DNA of 64,000 nucleotides from Thermoanaerobaculia bacterium (GCA_963664405.1 OY761158.1:384001-448000), one strand, 5' to 3'. Shown: positions 29,313 to 39,818, counted from the stretch's first letter. The notes: a model not told the origin generated them from the sequence alone. Made by a program: numbers and translations.

Positions 29313-29499
29313 CTCTTGGCAATTCCTTCTGCCTTTGAGGACGCATTCGAGGCCCAAGACCTTGCCAGAGCGGATGGTGCGTACGGAGACACCAAATCTG
29401 GGGACTCCCCCAACTAAGAGGGTGGTAGGCATTGTCAGTAGGCAGTGTCAGCAGGCATTGCCTGCAAGCCACGAAGGGCAAATGTCGTCTTCAAAGGGC

Positions 29500-31017
29500 A
29501 TGCTCGCGCTTGCGACTGCCGCGACTCCATGGGGTATCGAGGCCTGCCGTGTCCAGGTCGAGGTCGACGTGCGCCTGGGAATGCCCCAGATGCACCTCGT
29601 CGGGTTACCCGATACCGCCGTGCGGGAAAGCAAGGAACGAGTCGCATCGGCGATTCGTAACTGCGGCTTCGAGCTGCCGCCACGCAGAGTGTTGATCAAT
29701 CTCGCTCCCGCGAACCTTCGCAAGGAGGGCAGTCATCTCGACCTGGCGATCGCCCTGGCCCTGCTTTCCGCCCACGAAAAGCTGCCCGCCGACTCGCTCG
29801 AAAACCTTCTCGTCTGTGGCGAGCTGGGACTCGACGGCACTCTGCGACCGGTAAGAGGCGGCCTGGCAATTGCCAGTCTCGCGCGCGAGCTCGGATTGCG
29901 CGAGTTGCTGGTGCCGACACAGAGCGCAAATGAGGCCGCCGCACTCCCGGGCGTCGATGTCATTGCCGTCGCCTCGCTCACCGAGACCATCGAGCACATC
30001 GCCGGTCTTTGCACCTTGCCGCCGGTCCGGCCGCGCCCGAGAGCGCAGCACCGAGGCGGCCCAGACCTTGCCGAGGTTCGCGGTCAGCCCGCTGCGAAGC
30101 GAGTTCTCGAGATCGCCGCCGCGGGGAACCATAATGTTCTTTTCATAGGCCCACCCGGCTGTGGCAAGACCATGCTCTCGAGGTGCCTACCCGGCCTGCT
30201 GCCTCCGCTCGCCAACGACGAAGCGATCACGGTGACCAAGATCCAGTCGATAGGAGGCGCCGCGCCGCCGGACGGACTGGTCCGAACACGACCGTTCCGT
30301 AGCCCCCACACCGACACCACCACGGCTGGAATGATTGGAGGCACGGCCTCCGCTCGCCCCGGCGAGGTCACCCTCGCCCACGCCGGCGCACTCTTTCTCG
30401 ACGAGCTTCCAGAGTTTCGCCGCGAGACCCTCGAGGCTCTCCGTCAACCCTTGGAAGACGGAGAGGTCACCGTCGTCAGGGCCGCGGCCCGCTTCACCTA
30501 CCCCGCGCGCTTCCTCTTGATCGCCGCGATGAACCCATGCCCTTGCGGCCACCTCGGCAACCCCCGCCGGGAGTGTCGCTGCCCGCCCGGGTCGATCGAG
30601 CGCTACCGCGCGCGCATCTCCGGACCACTACTGGACCGGATCGATCTCCAGGCCGAGGTGCCGGCGCCGAGTCTCGAAGAGCTGGCTCATCCGCCAGGAG
30701 AAACGAGTTTCGCAGTCGCCGCTCGCGTCGAGGCCGCCCGCGAAGTACAGGCGGAACGCTTTGCGGATACGGCGCGGACACTTCTCAACGGAGCGATGGA
30801 CACCCAGCGAATCCACCGGCACTGCCGGCTCGGCGACGAGGCCCGCACTCTCCTCCACCGCGCGTACGAGCGCCTGGGCCTCTCGGCGCGCTCCCTGCAC
30901 CGCGTCCAAAGGGTGGCACGAACGATCGCAGACCTCGATCAGGCACAAGACATCGCAGCCGGCCACCTCGCCGAAGCACTGCAATACAGATCGCTCGATC
31001 GGAGCTCGATGCTCTAG
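29500..31017 (+). CDS. comM: ComM/YifB Mg-chelatase-like AAA+ ATPase
   Basis: VGLPD..ESKERV, NLAPA, GPPGCGKT, FLDELPEF, AAMNPCPCG, SGPLLDRID. Confidence 0.95.
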   Translation: MLALATAATPWGIEACRVQVEVDVRLGMPQMHLVGLPDTAVRESKERVASAIRNCGFELPPRRVLINLAPANLRKEGSHLDLAIALALLSAHEKLPADSLENLLVCGELGLDGTLRPVRGGLAIASLARELGLRELLVPTQSANEAAALPGVDVIAVASLTETIEHIAGLCTLPPVRPRPRAQHRGGPDLAEVRGQPAAKRVLEIAAAGNHNVLFIGPPGCGKTMLSRCLPGLLPPLANDEAITVTKIQSIGGAAPPDGLVRTRPFRSPHTDTTTAGMIGGTASARPGEVTLAHAGALFLDELPEFRRETLEALRQPLEDGEVTVVRAAARFTYPARFLLIAAMNPCPCGHLGNPRRECRCPPGSIERYRARISGPLLDRIDLQAEVPAPSLEELAHPPGETSFAVAARVEAAREVQAERFADTARTLLNGAMDTQRIHRHCRLGDEARTLLHRAYERLGLSARSLHRVQRVARTIADLDQAQDIAAGHLAEALQYRSLDRSSML

Positions 31018-31980
31018 CTGCATGTACCAGCTGGGAGCGGCGACACAGGTCCTGGCAATCGCCTCCAGATGGCGGTGATCCGTGCCGTAGCAGCCGCCGA
31101 GAACGGTCAGGCCTGGAAGAAGGTCGCGAAGGTCTCGATACTCCCAGGCAAGCGCTTCAGGATCTCCCTCATCGAGATCGGTCGCCGCATCCAGCTTTGC
31201 ATGGCTGAGGGTCGAGGCGTTGGCGCGAAGACCCCGGATCCGCTGCGCCCAGGCCGGGCCGGGCTCCAGCAAAGGACCGAAGTGGGTGGGATGGGCGCAA
31301 TTGATCATGTAGTACGCGGGGGCGGACCCAGTCTCAGCATCGACCTGCTCGATTGCCTCGCCTAGCGACTGGCCGGCGGGTAGGCGGCCGTCGGTCTCGA
31401 CGGTAAACGATATCGCGGAGGGCATCCCGAGGTTCCGCGCAGCTCGTGCGATTCCAATCGCTTCTTCGACATAGGCCAGGGTCATCGCAGTGACCATATC
31501 GGCATCGGTCGCGGCGAAGGTCTCGATCTGGGCCCTGTGATACTCGGTGGCCTCGTCGGCCGACATGCAGCCCTCGGCAGCATAGCCATCGCCTCTCGGG
31601 CCGATACAGCCACTCACGACCATCGGTACCTCATCCGTCGCCCAATCTTGACGGAGCTCCTCGAGTAGAGCGATCGCTAGGCGGTTCACTTCAGCGAGAG
31701 CCTTGCTGGAGTAGCCCAGCTTGTTCCCCCAGTCGGAGCTCGCACGCCAGGTCGCGCTCTCCAACACAAACCCACATCCGAATTGTAGAGCTATCGACCC
31801 GTAGGACTGATAGTAGCGACGAAGACGCGCGAGGCCCGCCTCATGGGCGAGCATGGGGAATGTCGCAGAGAATGGAAGATCGATCCCGTCGTGAAAAACG
31901 AAGGTCGTCTCCATGCCGCCGTCGGTGAGAAATACTCCGTCACTCAATTGGGGCAGCCTCTCTCGATACCGACTACTCAT
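30628..31980 (-). CDS. Homocysteine S-methyltransferase family protein, possibly degenerate
   Basis: TDGGMET, GPRGDGY, INCAHP, GGCYGTD; homology ends near 31040 but the frame runs on into comM. Confidence 0.8.
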   Translation of the reverse strand: MSSRYRERLPQLSDGVFLTDGGMETTFVFHDGIDLPFSATFPMLAHEAGLARLRRYYQSYGSIALQFGCGFVLESATWRASSDWGNKLGYSSKALAEVNRLAIALLEELRQDWATDEVPMVVSGCIGPRGDGYAAEGCMSADEATEYHRAQIETFAATDADMVTAMTLAYVEEAIGIARAARNLGMPSAISFTVETDGRLPAGQSLGEAIEQVDAETGSAPAYYMINCAHPTHFGPLLEPGPAWAQRIRGLRANASTLSHAKLDAATDLDEGDPEALAWEYRDLRDLLPGLTVLGGCYGTDHRHLEAIARTCVAAPSWYMQLEHRAPIERSVLQCFGEVAGCDVLCLIEVCDRSCHPLDAVQGARREAQALVRAVEESAGLVAEPAVPVDSLGVHRSVEKCPRRIRKAFRLYFAGGLDASGDCETRFSWRMSQLFETRRRHLGLEIDPVQ

Positions 31981-32017
31981 GACCTCCTCCTAGAGCTCGA
32001 AGCGGCACCTAGCCAGC

Positions 32018-32848
32018 TCACTCACTGGCAGACGCGGAGGATCCTGCCACTTCCAGGCGAAGCTGTCTTGCCTCAGCAAGCAGGTCGCGAGCCGCCGCAA
32101 CCCTCTCTGCTTCAGCGGAGCCAACGGAAGGGCCTGACACCAGGAGCGGCTCCGCATCACCAAGGCCGGTGCCACGGACCTCCATCAGTCTCTTGTAGAT
32201 AGAATCGCGAAGGCCTTCGGCGTCTTCGAGCCCTCTGAAGAGGCCGACATGAGAACTACTCTTCTTGTCCCCGCCTCCGGCCGCCTCGGCCTCTGAACGA
32301 GAGCCGCCGCCCGCGGTATGCACCTCCAGGTCGGCGATCCCGATCAGACGCTGGATCGGGCCCTGGCGCACCGACATATTCTGGATACTGGCGATGGTCA
32401 TGGTCTGCTCGCGGAGAGACCAAACGCCCTCGCGGATCCGCACCGACTCTTCGCCCACCACGTACCAGCGCAGATCCCAGGACAGCTTCAAGAGCGCTGC
32501 GGTAAAGATCATCTGCGAAAGAAAGGAAACTACGGCTACGATTTCGAACACTCGGTAGATGAGACCCGGATCGAGAAGGAAATTGACGAATGGAACGTTC
32601 TGCTCCACGAGCTTCCCGACCACGCGCTCCACATCCTCGCTAGTGTTTTCGGGCAACCCGAACGACCCAAAAAAGGCCAGAGAGCCGACCAAGGCCAGCA
32701 AGGTGCCGACCTGTTTCGGAAACCACATCAGCACGCTGTAGTAGAGATAGCGACGGGAGGCACGAAAGAGCCGAGGCGAGCTACCCGCCCCCGCCGGCAG
32801 ATCAGGGCGCTCACTCACTCTCAGCCAACTAAGGAGACGCTTCCTCAC
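32018..32848 (-). CDS. Bacterial PH-domain membrane protein
   Basis: Two TM segments, then IREGVW..IQNMSVRQGPIQRLIGIADLEVHTAGG. Confidence 0.8.
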   Translation of the reverse strand: MRKRLLSWLRVSERPDLPAGAGSSPRLFRASRRYLYYSVLMWFPKQVGTLLALVGSLAFFGSFGLPENTSEDVERVVGKLVEQNVPFVNFLLDPGLIYRVFEIVAVVSFLSQMIFTAALLKLSWDLRWYVVGEESVRIREGVWSLREQTMTIASIQNMSVRQGPIQRLIGIADLEVHTAGGGSRSEAEAAGGGDKKSSSHVGLFRGLEDAEGLRDSIYKRLMEVRGTGLGDAEPLLVSGPSVGSAEAERVAAARDLLAEARQLRLEVAGSSASASE

Positions 32849-33384
32849 TCGTCTGGCTCCTCAGCGCCCGCCCCGGCCTTGTCAGCCAGGAACTTTCTCA
32901 GATCTCGGATCTCGGCAGCCGCTTCACGGAGGGCTGCAACCAGGTCGTCGCTCGATTCTTCCCCGAGCGGCGACTCCTGCGCCGGCACCAATCCCCGTGC
33001 AGTCCGCATCCGCGAATACAGGAAATCGCGAACATCGTCGTAGTTCTGCAGGCCCTCGATCGTCATCTCGGCTGCGGCGGTGCCCGAGGCGGTCTGCACC
33101 TGAACTCGGGCGAGACCCAGCCAGCGTTGCAAGAGATTGCTGGTGAGGTGGATGTCTTGAATACGACCGTAGGTAAGACTTACCTCTCGACGAAAGAGCG
33201 CTCCCCAGCGCATGGTGACACCCTCGTCGTCGAATTGGTATCGGAGAGTCCGGTAGCGAAGATAGCGCGGCAGCAGTAGCAGCGGAAAGAAGGGGCCGAC
33301 GAGCAGAGACTCGAGAGCGTAATAGGTAAGCAGATTCTGATGCGGGCGCCGTCGTCCACGAACCCGCTCGCCGAGATCAACCAC
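32845..33384 (-). CDS. Bacterial PH-domain membrane protein
   Basis: WGALFRREV..RIQDI..QRWLGLARVQVQTASG; ATGA overlap with the next gene. Confidence 0.8.
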   Translation of the reverse strand: MVDLGERVRGRRRPHQNLLTYYALESLLVGPFFPLLLLPRYLRYRTLRYQFDDEGVTMRWGALFRREVSLTYGRIQDIHLTSNLLQRWLGLARVQVQTASGTAAAEMTIEGLQNYDDVRDFLYSRMRTARGLVPAQESPLGEESSDDLVAALREAAAEIRDLRKFLADKAGAGAEEPDE

Positions 33385-33392
33385 GAAGCTAT

Positions 33393-34478
33393 TCAGTGGC
33401 CGGCGCCCGCCTTGACCGCCACTTCGGCCTCCAGCAGGCGCGCACCGCGCAGGATGTTGCCCATCGCGTAGTTGCCCTCGTGGCAGGCGTACTCGTAGAC
33501 CTTGTTGTCGGTGCCGGGCCAAAGGTACTCGCCGCTCCAGGGAGCTGTCCAGGTCCCCTCGTCCTCTACTGTAAAGCTGTAGAGCAGGTCGTCTTCGCCC
33601 ATCCGCTGGAAGCGCTCGATCACGTGCAGATTGCGAGTCGCTCCCAACAGTCCGGGACTATCCGTGAAGTTCGTCGTGTCCACGATCAGCGTCTCGCCTT
33701 CCCAGTGACCGATCGAGTCACCGAGCCACTTGCGCACTTCAGTCGGCGGATGCTCCGAGTTCAGGCGGATGATCCGGGCATCGTGGACCATCTCGACCAA
33801 GATCATCACGTATTCAGGAGTCTGGATGATTCGCTTGTGATTGTTGTAGAGCACGGGCAGCATGGGCGGCCCTTGGGTCGAGCCGAAACCCATGAGACAA
33901 CGCTCCGCCGGGGGACGCCGCTCCGGGTCGTCATAGGGGGCCGGCCCTTCGAGGTCGAGCCACCACGCCTCGCCGGTGTTGGGCCGAAACAAAGATCGAC
34001 GAAGGGCTGCGTGCTCTTCGCCTGCTGCCGTGAGCGGCGGCTTTCTGCCGTTCGGCGGGTCGACGATGATCGAGGTTCGGTACTCCCCATCGATGGAGAA
34101 AGCTTGGCTACCCCGGTCAGCCCAAAAAACGTTGTACCCACCGACACTGCCGGCGCCAAAGGCCTCGCGCGGGAAGTCCTTCTGCCCGACGAGCGTGGAT
34201 CCGCCCTTTGCCGGTGCCGATCTGTTGCCATCGCTGATCTGCGATCCGGCGGCAATGAAAGCTCTCTCCCCCTCTGCCACCGCCACCGCCTCTTCCTCCG
34301 TCAGATAGAGCCTGTCGCCCAATTTGACCGGTCGCTCGAGCGGTGTCAGCGTTGCCGTGTCATAGGTCCCGCTGAGATCCGGTGCCTCGAACGCCGAAAG
34401 ATGGACCTGGCCCAAGAGGTCCACAGTCGGTAGGCACACCGCAAAAAGCAGAGAGCAGTAAATGACTCGCTTCTTCAT
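33393..34478 (-). CDS. Conserved secreted hypothetical protein
   Basis: Signal peptide, PDLSG, TPLERP, GDSIGHWEGETL, YEYACHEGN. Confidence 0.75.
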   Translation of the reverse strand: MKKRVIYCSLLFAVCLPTVDLLGQVHLSAFEAPDLSGTYDTATLTPLERPVKLGDRLYLTEEEAVAVAEGERAFIAAGSQISDGNRSAPAKGGSTLVGQKDFPREAFGAGSVGGYNVFWADRGSQAFSIDGEYRTSIIVDPPNGRKPPLTAAGEEHAALRRSLFRPNTGEAWWLDLEGPAPYDDPERRPPAERCLMGFGSTQGPPMLPVLYNNHKRIIQTPEYVMILVEMVHDARIIRLNSEHPPTEVRKWLGDSIGHWEGETLIVDTTNFTDSPGLLGATRNLHVIERFQRMGEDDLLYSFTVEDEGTWTAPWSGEYLWPGTDNKVYEYACHEGNYAMGNILRGARLLEAEVAVKAGAGH

Positions 34479-34735
34479 CCCCGTAATACCTCGGTCATAG
34501 TCACTCCTCATCAGCGCGGAAGCGATTCTAGACACTCGCGCAATGATAGCAGGGGGAACAGGGGCCCTCTCTTCCTACCCTCGCGCCCGACGATGACGTA
34601 TTGTCGCCCCTGCGATGACAGGAACCACCGGGGTCGGCGAGCACTACACCACCGGCCGTGTCCTGGCGGAGATACTCCAGGTCAGGCCATCGCAAGAAAA
34701 GCCGCGGTGAGGAGAAGAGTGACTAAGGAGTGAAC

Positions 34736-35920
34736 ATGAAGATCGTCGACGCCAAGCCTTTCATCGTCGGAACGCCGCCCCCCCACTTCGGAGGTGCCAA
34801 CTGGGTCTTCGTGAAGCTGACTACCGACGAAGGGATCCACGGATTTGGGGAGTCCTACGGATCCGAGCTCTACTTCCCCAGTGCCGTAAAGCTGCTGGAG
34901 GATATGGCCGAGCACTTCGTCATCGGCTCGGATCCATTCAAGATCGAGCGACTGTGGAAGATGCTCTATGCCAGCGGCTACTCCCAGCACGCAGACATTC
35001 TGAAAATGGCGGCCATCAGTGCCATCGAGATGGCCTGCTGGGACATCATCGGTAAAGCTCTCGGCCAGCCGATCTACAACCTGCTCGGCGGGCAATATCA
35101 CGATAAAATCCGCACATACTCCTATCTCTACCCTGCTCCAGGGGACACCTTGCCGGCGAACTCCGCGATGCACTATTCACCGGAGCGGACGCGAAAGAGC
35201 GCGGAAATGGCGCTGAGCCAAGGGTTCACGGCGGTCAAATTCGACCCCCTGATGACCCGGTCGACATTCGGTCCGTCCGAGCTGTCGCGGGCAGAGCTGG
35301 ACAACGTCGAAGCCGTGGTCAGTGGAGTCAGAGAGGTGCTTGGAAACAAGGCCGAGATCCTAATCGGAACCCACGGCCAGATGACGGCATCGAGCGCGAT
35401 CATGCTCGCCAAGCGCTTGGAGCCGTACGAACCGGCGTGGTTCGAAGAGCCGGTCCCGCCGGAGAATATGGACGAAATGGCCAGGGTCGTCAGATCAACG
35501 TCTATCCCCATCGCGACCGGCGAGCGCCTCACCACCAAGTACGAGTTCGCGCAGCTGCTGAACAAGCAGGCGGTCGGAATCTTGCAGATGGCGCTCGGAC
35601 GAGTGGGGGGCATCCTCGAAGCCAAAAAGATAGCGAGCATGGCCGAGGCTCACTACGTCAATTTCGCCCCTCATGTGTGGGCCGGCCCCATCGAGGCGGC
35701 GGCCAGCATTCAGCTCGACACTTGCTCTCCCAACTTCTTCATCCAGGAAGGTATCGGCAGGTGGGGTGACTTCTATGACGAGCTCCTTGTCGAGCCCTTC
35801 GTCTGGGAAGACGGCTACATCATTCCCTCGGATCGCCCTGGTTTAGGAGTCGAGATCAACGAGGAGGTAGCTCGCAAGCATCCCTTCGTCGAGATCAGGG
35901 GGCGCGACCTGGTGATCTGA
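34736..35920 (+). CDS. Enolase-superfamily (mandelate racemase/MLE) enzyme
   Basis: ISAIEMACWDIIGK, WFEEP, ATGERL, PGLG; TAAGGAG RBS. Confidence 0.9.
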   Translation: MKIVDAKPFIVGTPPPHFGGANWVFVKLTTDEGIHGFGESYGSELYFPSAVKLLEDMAEHFVIGSDPFKIERLWKMLYASGYSQHADILKMAAISAIEMACWDIIGKALGQPIYNLLGGQYHDKIRTYSYLYPAPGDTLPANSAMHYSPERTRKSAEMALSQGFTAVKFDPLMTRSTFGPSELSRAELDNVEAVVSGVREVLGNKAEILIGTHGQMTASSAIMLAKRLEPYEPAWFEEPVPPENMDEMARVVRSTSIPIATGERLTTKYEFAQLLNKQAVGILQMALGRVGGILEAKKIASMAEAHYVNFAPHVWAGPIEAAASIQLDTCSPNFFIQEGIGRWGDFYDELLVEPFVWEDGYIIPSDRPGLGVEINEEVARKHPFVEIRGRDLVI

Positions 35921-35925
35921 CGCTG

Positions 35926-37089
35926 TCAGGCGCCAGCCCCGAGGCGGCCGTCATACAGCTTCTCGCCGTAGCGCGCGAGCACGCCCTCGTCGAGCACCAA
36001 GCCGAGGCCCGGTCGGTCGGGTACCCGGATATATCCGTCCGCCTCGATCTCGACCGGCTCGGCGAAGAGAGCGTCCCTCGCCGCCGGAGTCCAGGACGGG
36101 GGCTCGTAGGGGAACTCGCAAAATCTGCAGGAAGGAGACGCGGCGATGAGATGCAGGTTGGCGAGAAGGGCGAAGCCGTTGTTCCAGATGTGTGGAGCGA
36201 AGCCCAAATGGTTGGCTTCGGCCAATGCCGCCACCTTGCGACACAGAGAGATGCCGCCAAAGAACATGGCGTCTGTCTGAAGAATATCGAGGCACCTCTT
36301 CTCCACCAGCAAGGCGTACTCATGCAGCCGCCACATGATCTCGCCGCCCGCGATCCGCATCGAGGTCTGCTGGCGTAGCTCACGCAAACCCTCGTAGTTG
36401 TTGCGATCGAGGGGTTCCTCGAGCCAAAGCACTCCGAAGTCTTCGAGCGCACGGGCGACCTGGACAGCCGTCGCCACATCCCACTGCGGCGGGGTGCCGG
36501 GAAAGATGTTGAAGTGAAAGCCCTGATTGGCATCGACCAGGATATCCATGGTGTCACCGACGGCATCCCGGCAAGCCGCAATCACCTTCAGGTCATCGCG
36601 CCAGTCCGCACTGTGGAAGCGCAGTTTGACCGCCGAGAACCCCTTCTCTCGCAACTCCAGAAGATCCTCGGCACGGCGCTCGGGCGTCCGTAGCTCACCC
36701 GTCGAGCAATAGGTGCGCACGCGCTCCCGCCCACCACCGAGGAGCCGAAAGACCGGCAGGTCAGCCACTTTTCCCGCGATGTCCCAGAGCGCCGGCTCGA
36801 TCCAGGCGAGGCGCACGCCGAAAGCCAGCCCGGCCTCGAGGATGTCGGCAAAGCCGGCAATGTCCAGGGGATCACGGCCGAGCAGGAAGTGACCAAAGGT
36901 CTCGCCGATGCCGGCGTGAGCGCGCCCCAACGTAAAGCCGGCCGACTCGCCGACGACGCCGTCGTCGGTAGTGATGCGGACGAAAGTCAGCTCGTTGTTC
37001 TTGAATTGGAGCCCGGGCTGCGCCGAAACCTCTAGGGGCACCGGCAGCGGGACTGCAACGTAATAGAGCTCAACGCGATCGATCTTCAT
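35926..37089 (-). CDS. Enolase-superfamily (mandelate racemase/MLE) enzyme
   Basis: ALWDIAGK, VDANQ, WLEEP, AGGE, APH, PGLG. Confidence 0.9.
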   Translation of the reverse strand: MKIDRVELYYVAVPLPVPLEVSAQPGLQFKNNELTFVRITTDDGVVGESAGFTLGRAHAGIGETFGHFLLGRDPLDIAGFADILEAGLAFGVRLAWIEPALWDIAGKVADLPVFRLLGGGRERVRTYCSTGELRTPERRAEDLLELREKGFSAVKLRFHSADWRDDLKVIAACRDAVGDTMDILVDANQGFHFNIFPGTPPQWDVATAVQVARALEDFGVLWLEEPLDRNNYEGLRELRQQTSMRIAGGEIMWRLHEYALLVEKRCLDILQTDAMFFGGISLCRKVAALAEANHLGFAPHIWNNGFALLANLHLIAASPSCRFCEFPYEPPSWTPAARDALFAEPVEIEADGYIRVPDRPGLGLVLDEGVLARYGEKLYDGRLGAGA

Positions 37090-37113
37090 GACATTCCTCC
37101 CGTACCGGCCATT

Positions 37114-39240
37114 CTACGGTGCACTCCAGACCGGATTGATAAAGGCGCCGTTCGCAGCCACGTCCCAGATAGCTACCCGGGCCCATTTCCAGCCTTTGGC
37201 GTCGACCGACCACTCAAAAGTCTCGCTGCCGAAGGCTCCGGTGTCAACCAGTGGAATGATCTCCCGCTTGGTGCCGGATTCGTCACCCCAAACGATCTCT
37301 CCGAAGCGGAGCGGGAAGGTCCAATCCGCCTGGACCCTCGCAACCAGCCGGTCAGCGGTAGAGTCCGAGAGGTCGACTTCGGGCATCAGGATCTCGCCGG
37401 TGGTGGTAAAGAAGTCGCCATCGGCCAAGGGCTCTAGCGCCTCCCCATAGTGCTCGAAGTCCGGAAGTCGATCCAGTTTGATGTAGTTGATATTCATGTG
37501 AGCGTAGAGCTCGTGCGTCTGGTCGAACTGGAAAACGTCGATCTCACCGAAAGTCTTCTTTCGTAGGCCTAGATTGCTCAGGTCGTCGAGGAGGTCGAGA
37601 GACCGCTCCCCTAGACGTGGCGACGAGAGGTCGGATGGCATCGCCTTCCACCCACCACCGAGGTAGCGAGGATCACGAAAGTGCTCAGTATCGGCAATCT
37701 TGTCGGGGTATCCAGTCGAGCCCTTGGTCCGGGGATGGGTTTGGTACATATAGCCCCCTTCGCGGCGAACCAGCTCGAGCATCTCCGCCGCATCCGCGGT
37801 GCTGTAGACCTTGCCATATTTCGGATGCTCCATCTCGAAGGAGCCACCCCGCGGACGGTTCATGAACCAATAGACGGGCTTGGGGAAGAAGAGCGCCCAG
37901 TGCCCGCCTAGATGCACATTGGCCTCCTCGCCTGGGATGAGAAGAAAGTCCTTCTCAGAGGTGGCCCGAAGCACGCGGAAGTAGGAATCGAGCTCCTCGA
38001 GTCTGAGCTCGGTCAAATCACGCGGGTGGCCATCGCCGTGGAAGTCCATGATGATGGAGGCGTCCACGCCCATCGCCTTCAGTACAGGCTTGAATGGAGG
38101 CGTCCACCGGGGTCCGTTGGCCACGGCCTGGCCGGTGTAGGCGAGGTGCCAGTGCGCACTCAGGGTCTTGTACCCAGGCAGCTCGCGAAATCGATCGCCG
38201 TTGGTAAACCTGAGCACCTGCTCGAGTGTCGAGTCGAGCGAAGTGTCGCTCAAGAGAAAAAACACCCCCATCCGCTGGGTCTGGCCCGGCGGCGCGTTGA
38301 CCCAAGGGTAGAAACGCCAGTTCGAGAAGGCGATCTGCCGGATGCCCAGCGACGACTCCCCACGCCAGGCGCGATGCCACAGATACCCCAGATTCGAAGT
38401 GAAATCTCTGGGGAAAAAATACTGATGAGGAGCGGGAAATACGGCAACGCTCCCACCCGCTGTCTTCACCGCCAATGTGCGATGACGCACCTTGGTGGGG
38501 ACAGGCTCCGGCTCGAGACCCGTCGCGACTTCGTGGCGCAGCTTGCCGGCGGTGTCGTAGTAGGCGACGGTCGTCGACATATTCCTGCCGGGAGTCAGGT
38601 CGGCTGCGGCCGCCATCTCCAGCCCGGTATCGTAGAAATAGGCAACATCCTCCTCCACCGTGCTCATCACCGCTTCCTGCTGCACCAGCCGGCTGCCGGG
38701 GAAGAAGGTATACGCGATTCCGCCGTCGAAAAGGCCCATGTGCAAGCCATCGAAGAGGAGCTCGACTCGCTCCCCCACACTCTGAGCGCGGGCCGATCTC
38801 AGTTTGAACTCGCCCTCTGCCCCTCGCGTGCCTTCCGGATGGCTGGGAGGAAAATCGAAGAATGCATTCCAACCCTTCCGGCGCTTGCCGGTCTCGGCGC
38901 GATACAGCGGCCGAGCGTCGCTGACAACCGGCACCTCGCCTACGGCAATCTTGGTAATCAACGGCCGATCGGGATCGAGGGAGAAGATGGCTGTCCAGCG
39001 GCGGCCGCTCTCGTCGGGCCATGCCACGGTGACCGAATCCTCTCCGGCTTCGACGGAGATCGGTCCAGCGCGAACGTCGCCTAGATCGACCGGCACAGCT
39101 GCGCCTATCGAGGCCGAGGTCGGGGCCAACAGCGTAACGAGAACAGCCAATCTTCCAAGCCGCATCGGAACCCTCCCATAGCTGAGCGATAAGCCCAGCG
39201 GCATAGTTTGCTCTTCCCCCAATCGAACCGTATTCACCAT
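37114..39240 (-). CDS. Large secreted hypothetical protein with putative C-terminal metal-binding (PHP-like) domain
   Basis: Signal-like segment; HWH, DFHGDGH, GEE..GGHW, HPRTKGS; true start probably about 39165. Confidence 0.7.
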   Translation of the reverse strand: MVNTVRLGEEQTMPLGLSLSYGRVPMRLGRLAVLVTLLAPTSASIGAAVPVDLGDVRAGPISVEAGEDSVTVAWPDESGRRWTAIFSLDPDRPLITKIAVGEVPVVSDARPLYRAETGKRRKGWNAFFDFPPSHPEGTRGAEGEFKLRSARAQSVGERVELLFDGLHMGLFDGGIAYTFFPGSRLVQQEAVMSTVEEDVAYFYDTGLEMAAAADLTPGRNMSTTVAYYDTAGKLRHEVATGLEPEPVPTKVRHRTLAVKTAGGSVAVFPAPHQYFFPRDFTSNLGYLWHRAWRGESSLGIRQIAFSNWRFYPWVNAPPGQTQRMGVFFLLSDTSLDSTLEQVLRFTNGDRFRELPGYKTLSAHWHLAYTGQAVANGPRWTPPFKPVLKAMGVDASIIMDFHGDGHPRDLTELRLEELDSYFRVLRATSEKDFLLIPGEEANVHLGGHWALFFPKPVYWFMNRPRGGSFEMEHPKYGKVYSTADAAEMLELVRREGGYMYQTHPRTKGSTGYPDKIADTEHFRDPRYLGGGWKAMPSDLSSPRLGERSLDLLDDLSNLGLRKKTFGEIDVFQFDQTHELYAHMNINYIKLDRLPDFEHYGEALEPLADGDFFTTTGEILMPEVDLSDSTADRLVARVQADWTFPLRFGEIVWGDESGTKREIIPLVDTGAFGSETFEWSVDAKGWKWARVAIWDVAANGAFINPVWSAP

Positions 39241-39818
39241 TCTACAGGCAGCCGTGGAGTGTATCTGGCGAGCTCACGAGAGTGGGATCATCACCCGGCG
39301 GATTGCCTGGAAAGGCGAGTCTGATTCCCTCCCGGCCTCTGTCGTCTCGAGAAGTCAAGTTCCCGGGTTACCTATTTATCTGGGTGATGCGGGTATGTGC
39401 CCTCTTCGTAGCGGTGGCCGTAGCGCGCCAGGGCCGAGGAGCTATCCCGGTGCCTGGGTGAACATGATGTCGTGGCCAGTAGCTTCGATGACGCAAGCCT
39501 CTAGTACCATCTCGACTGGCCTGCCTACGGCTTCCTCAACACAAAGCGAACCGACGACTTCTTCGTCGGCCTTCTCGACCAGGCCGAAGAGAGAGGCTCG
39601 AAGGTCTGGTTCGCAGACACCCTCGAGGAATGGAACGATTGTCTGACCGACGAGTCGGAGCCCAGAGCATCGATTGTCGGGGTCTTTTCCCTCGGTTCTA
39701 TTCGCGCTGTAGCATCGAGGCTGATCAGCCTTCGGCTTCCGTCTGGCTGACCGACACATAGCCCCGGGTTCCAGAGGGGAGAGAGTTGGCCAAACTCACC
39801 TCCGAGACTCGAGATCAA

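Noticed and set aside
39440-39750. Possible plus-strand gene remnant (..DDASL*YHLDWPAYGF..)
   Set aside because: Internal stop, no start and no recognisable family
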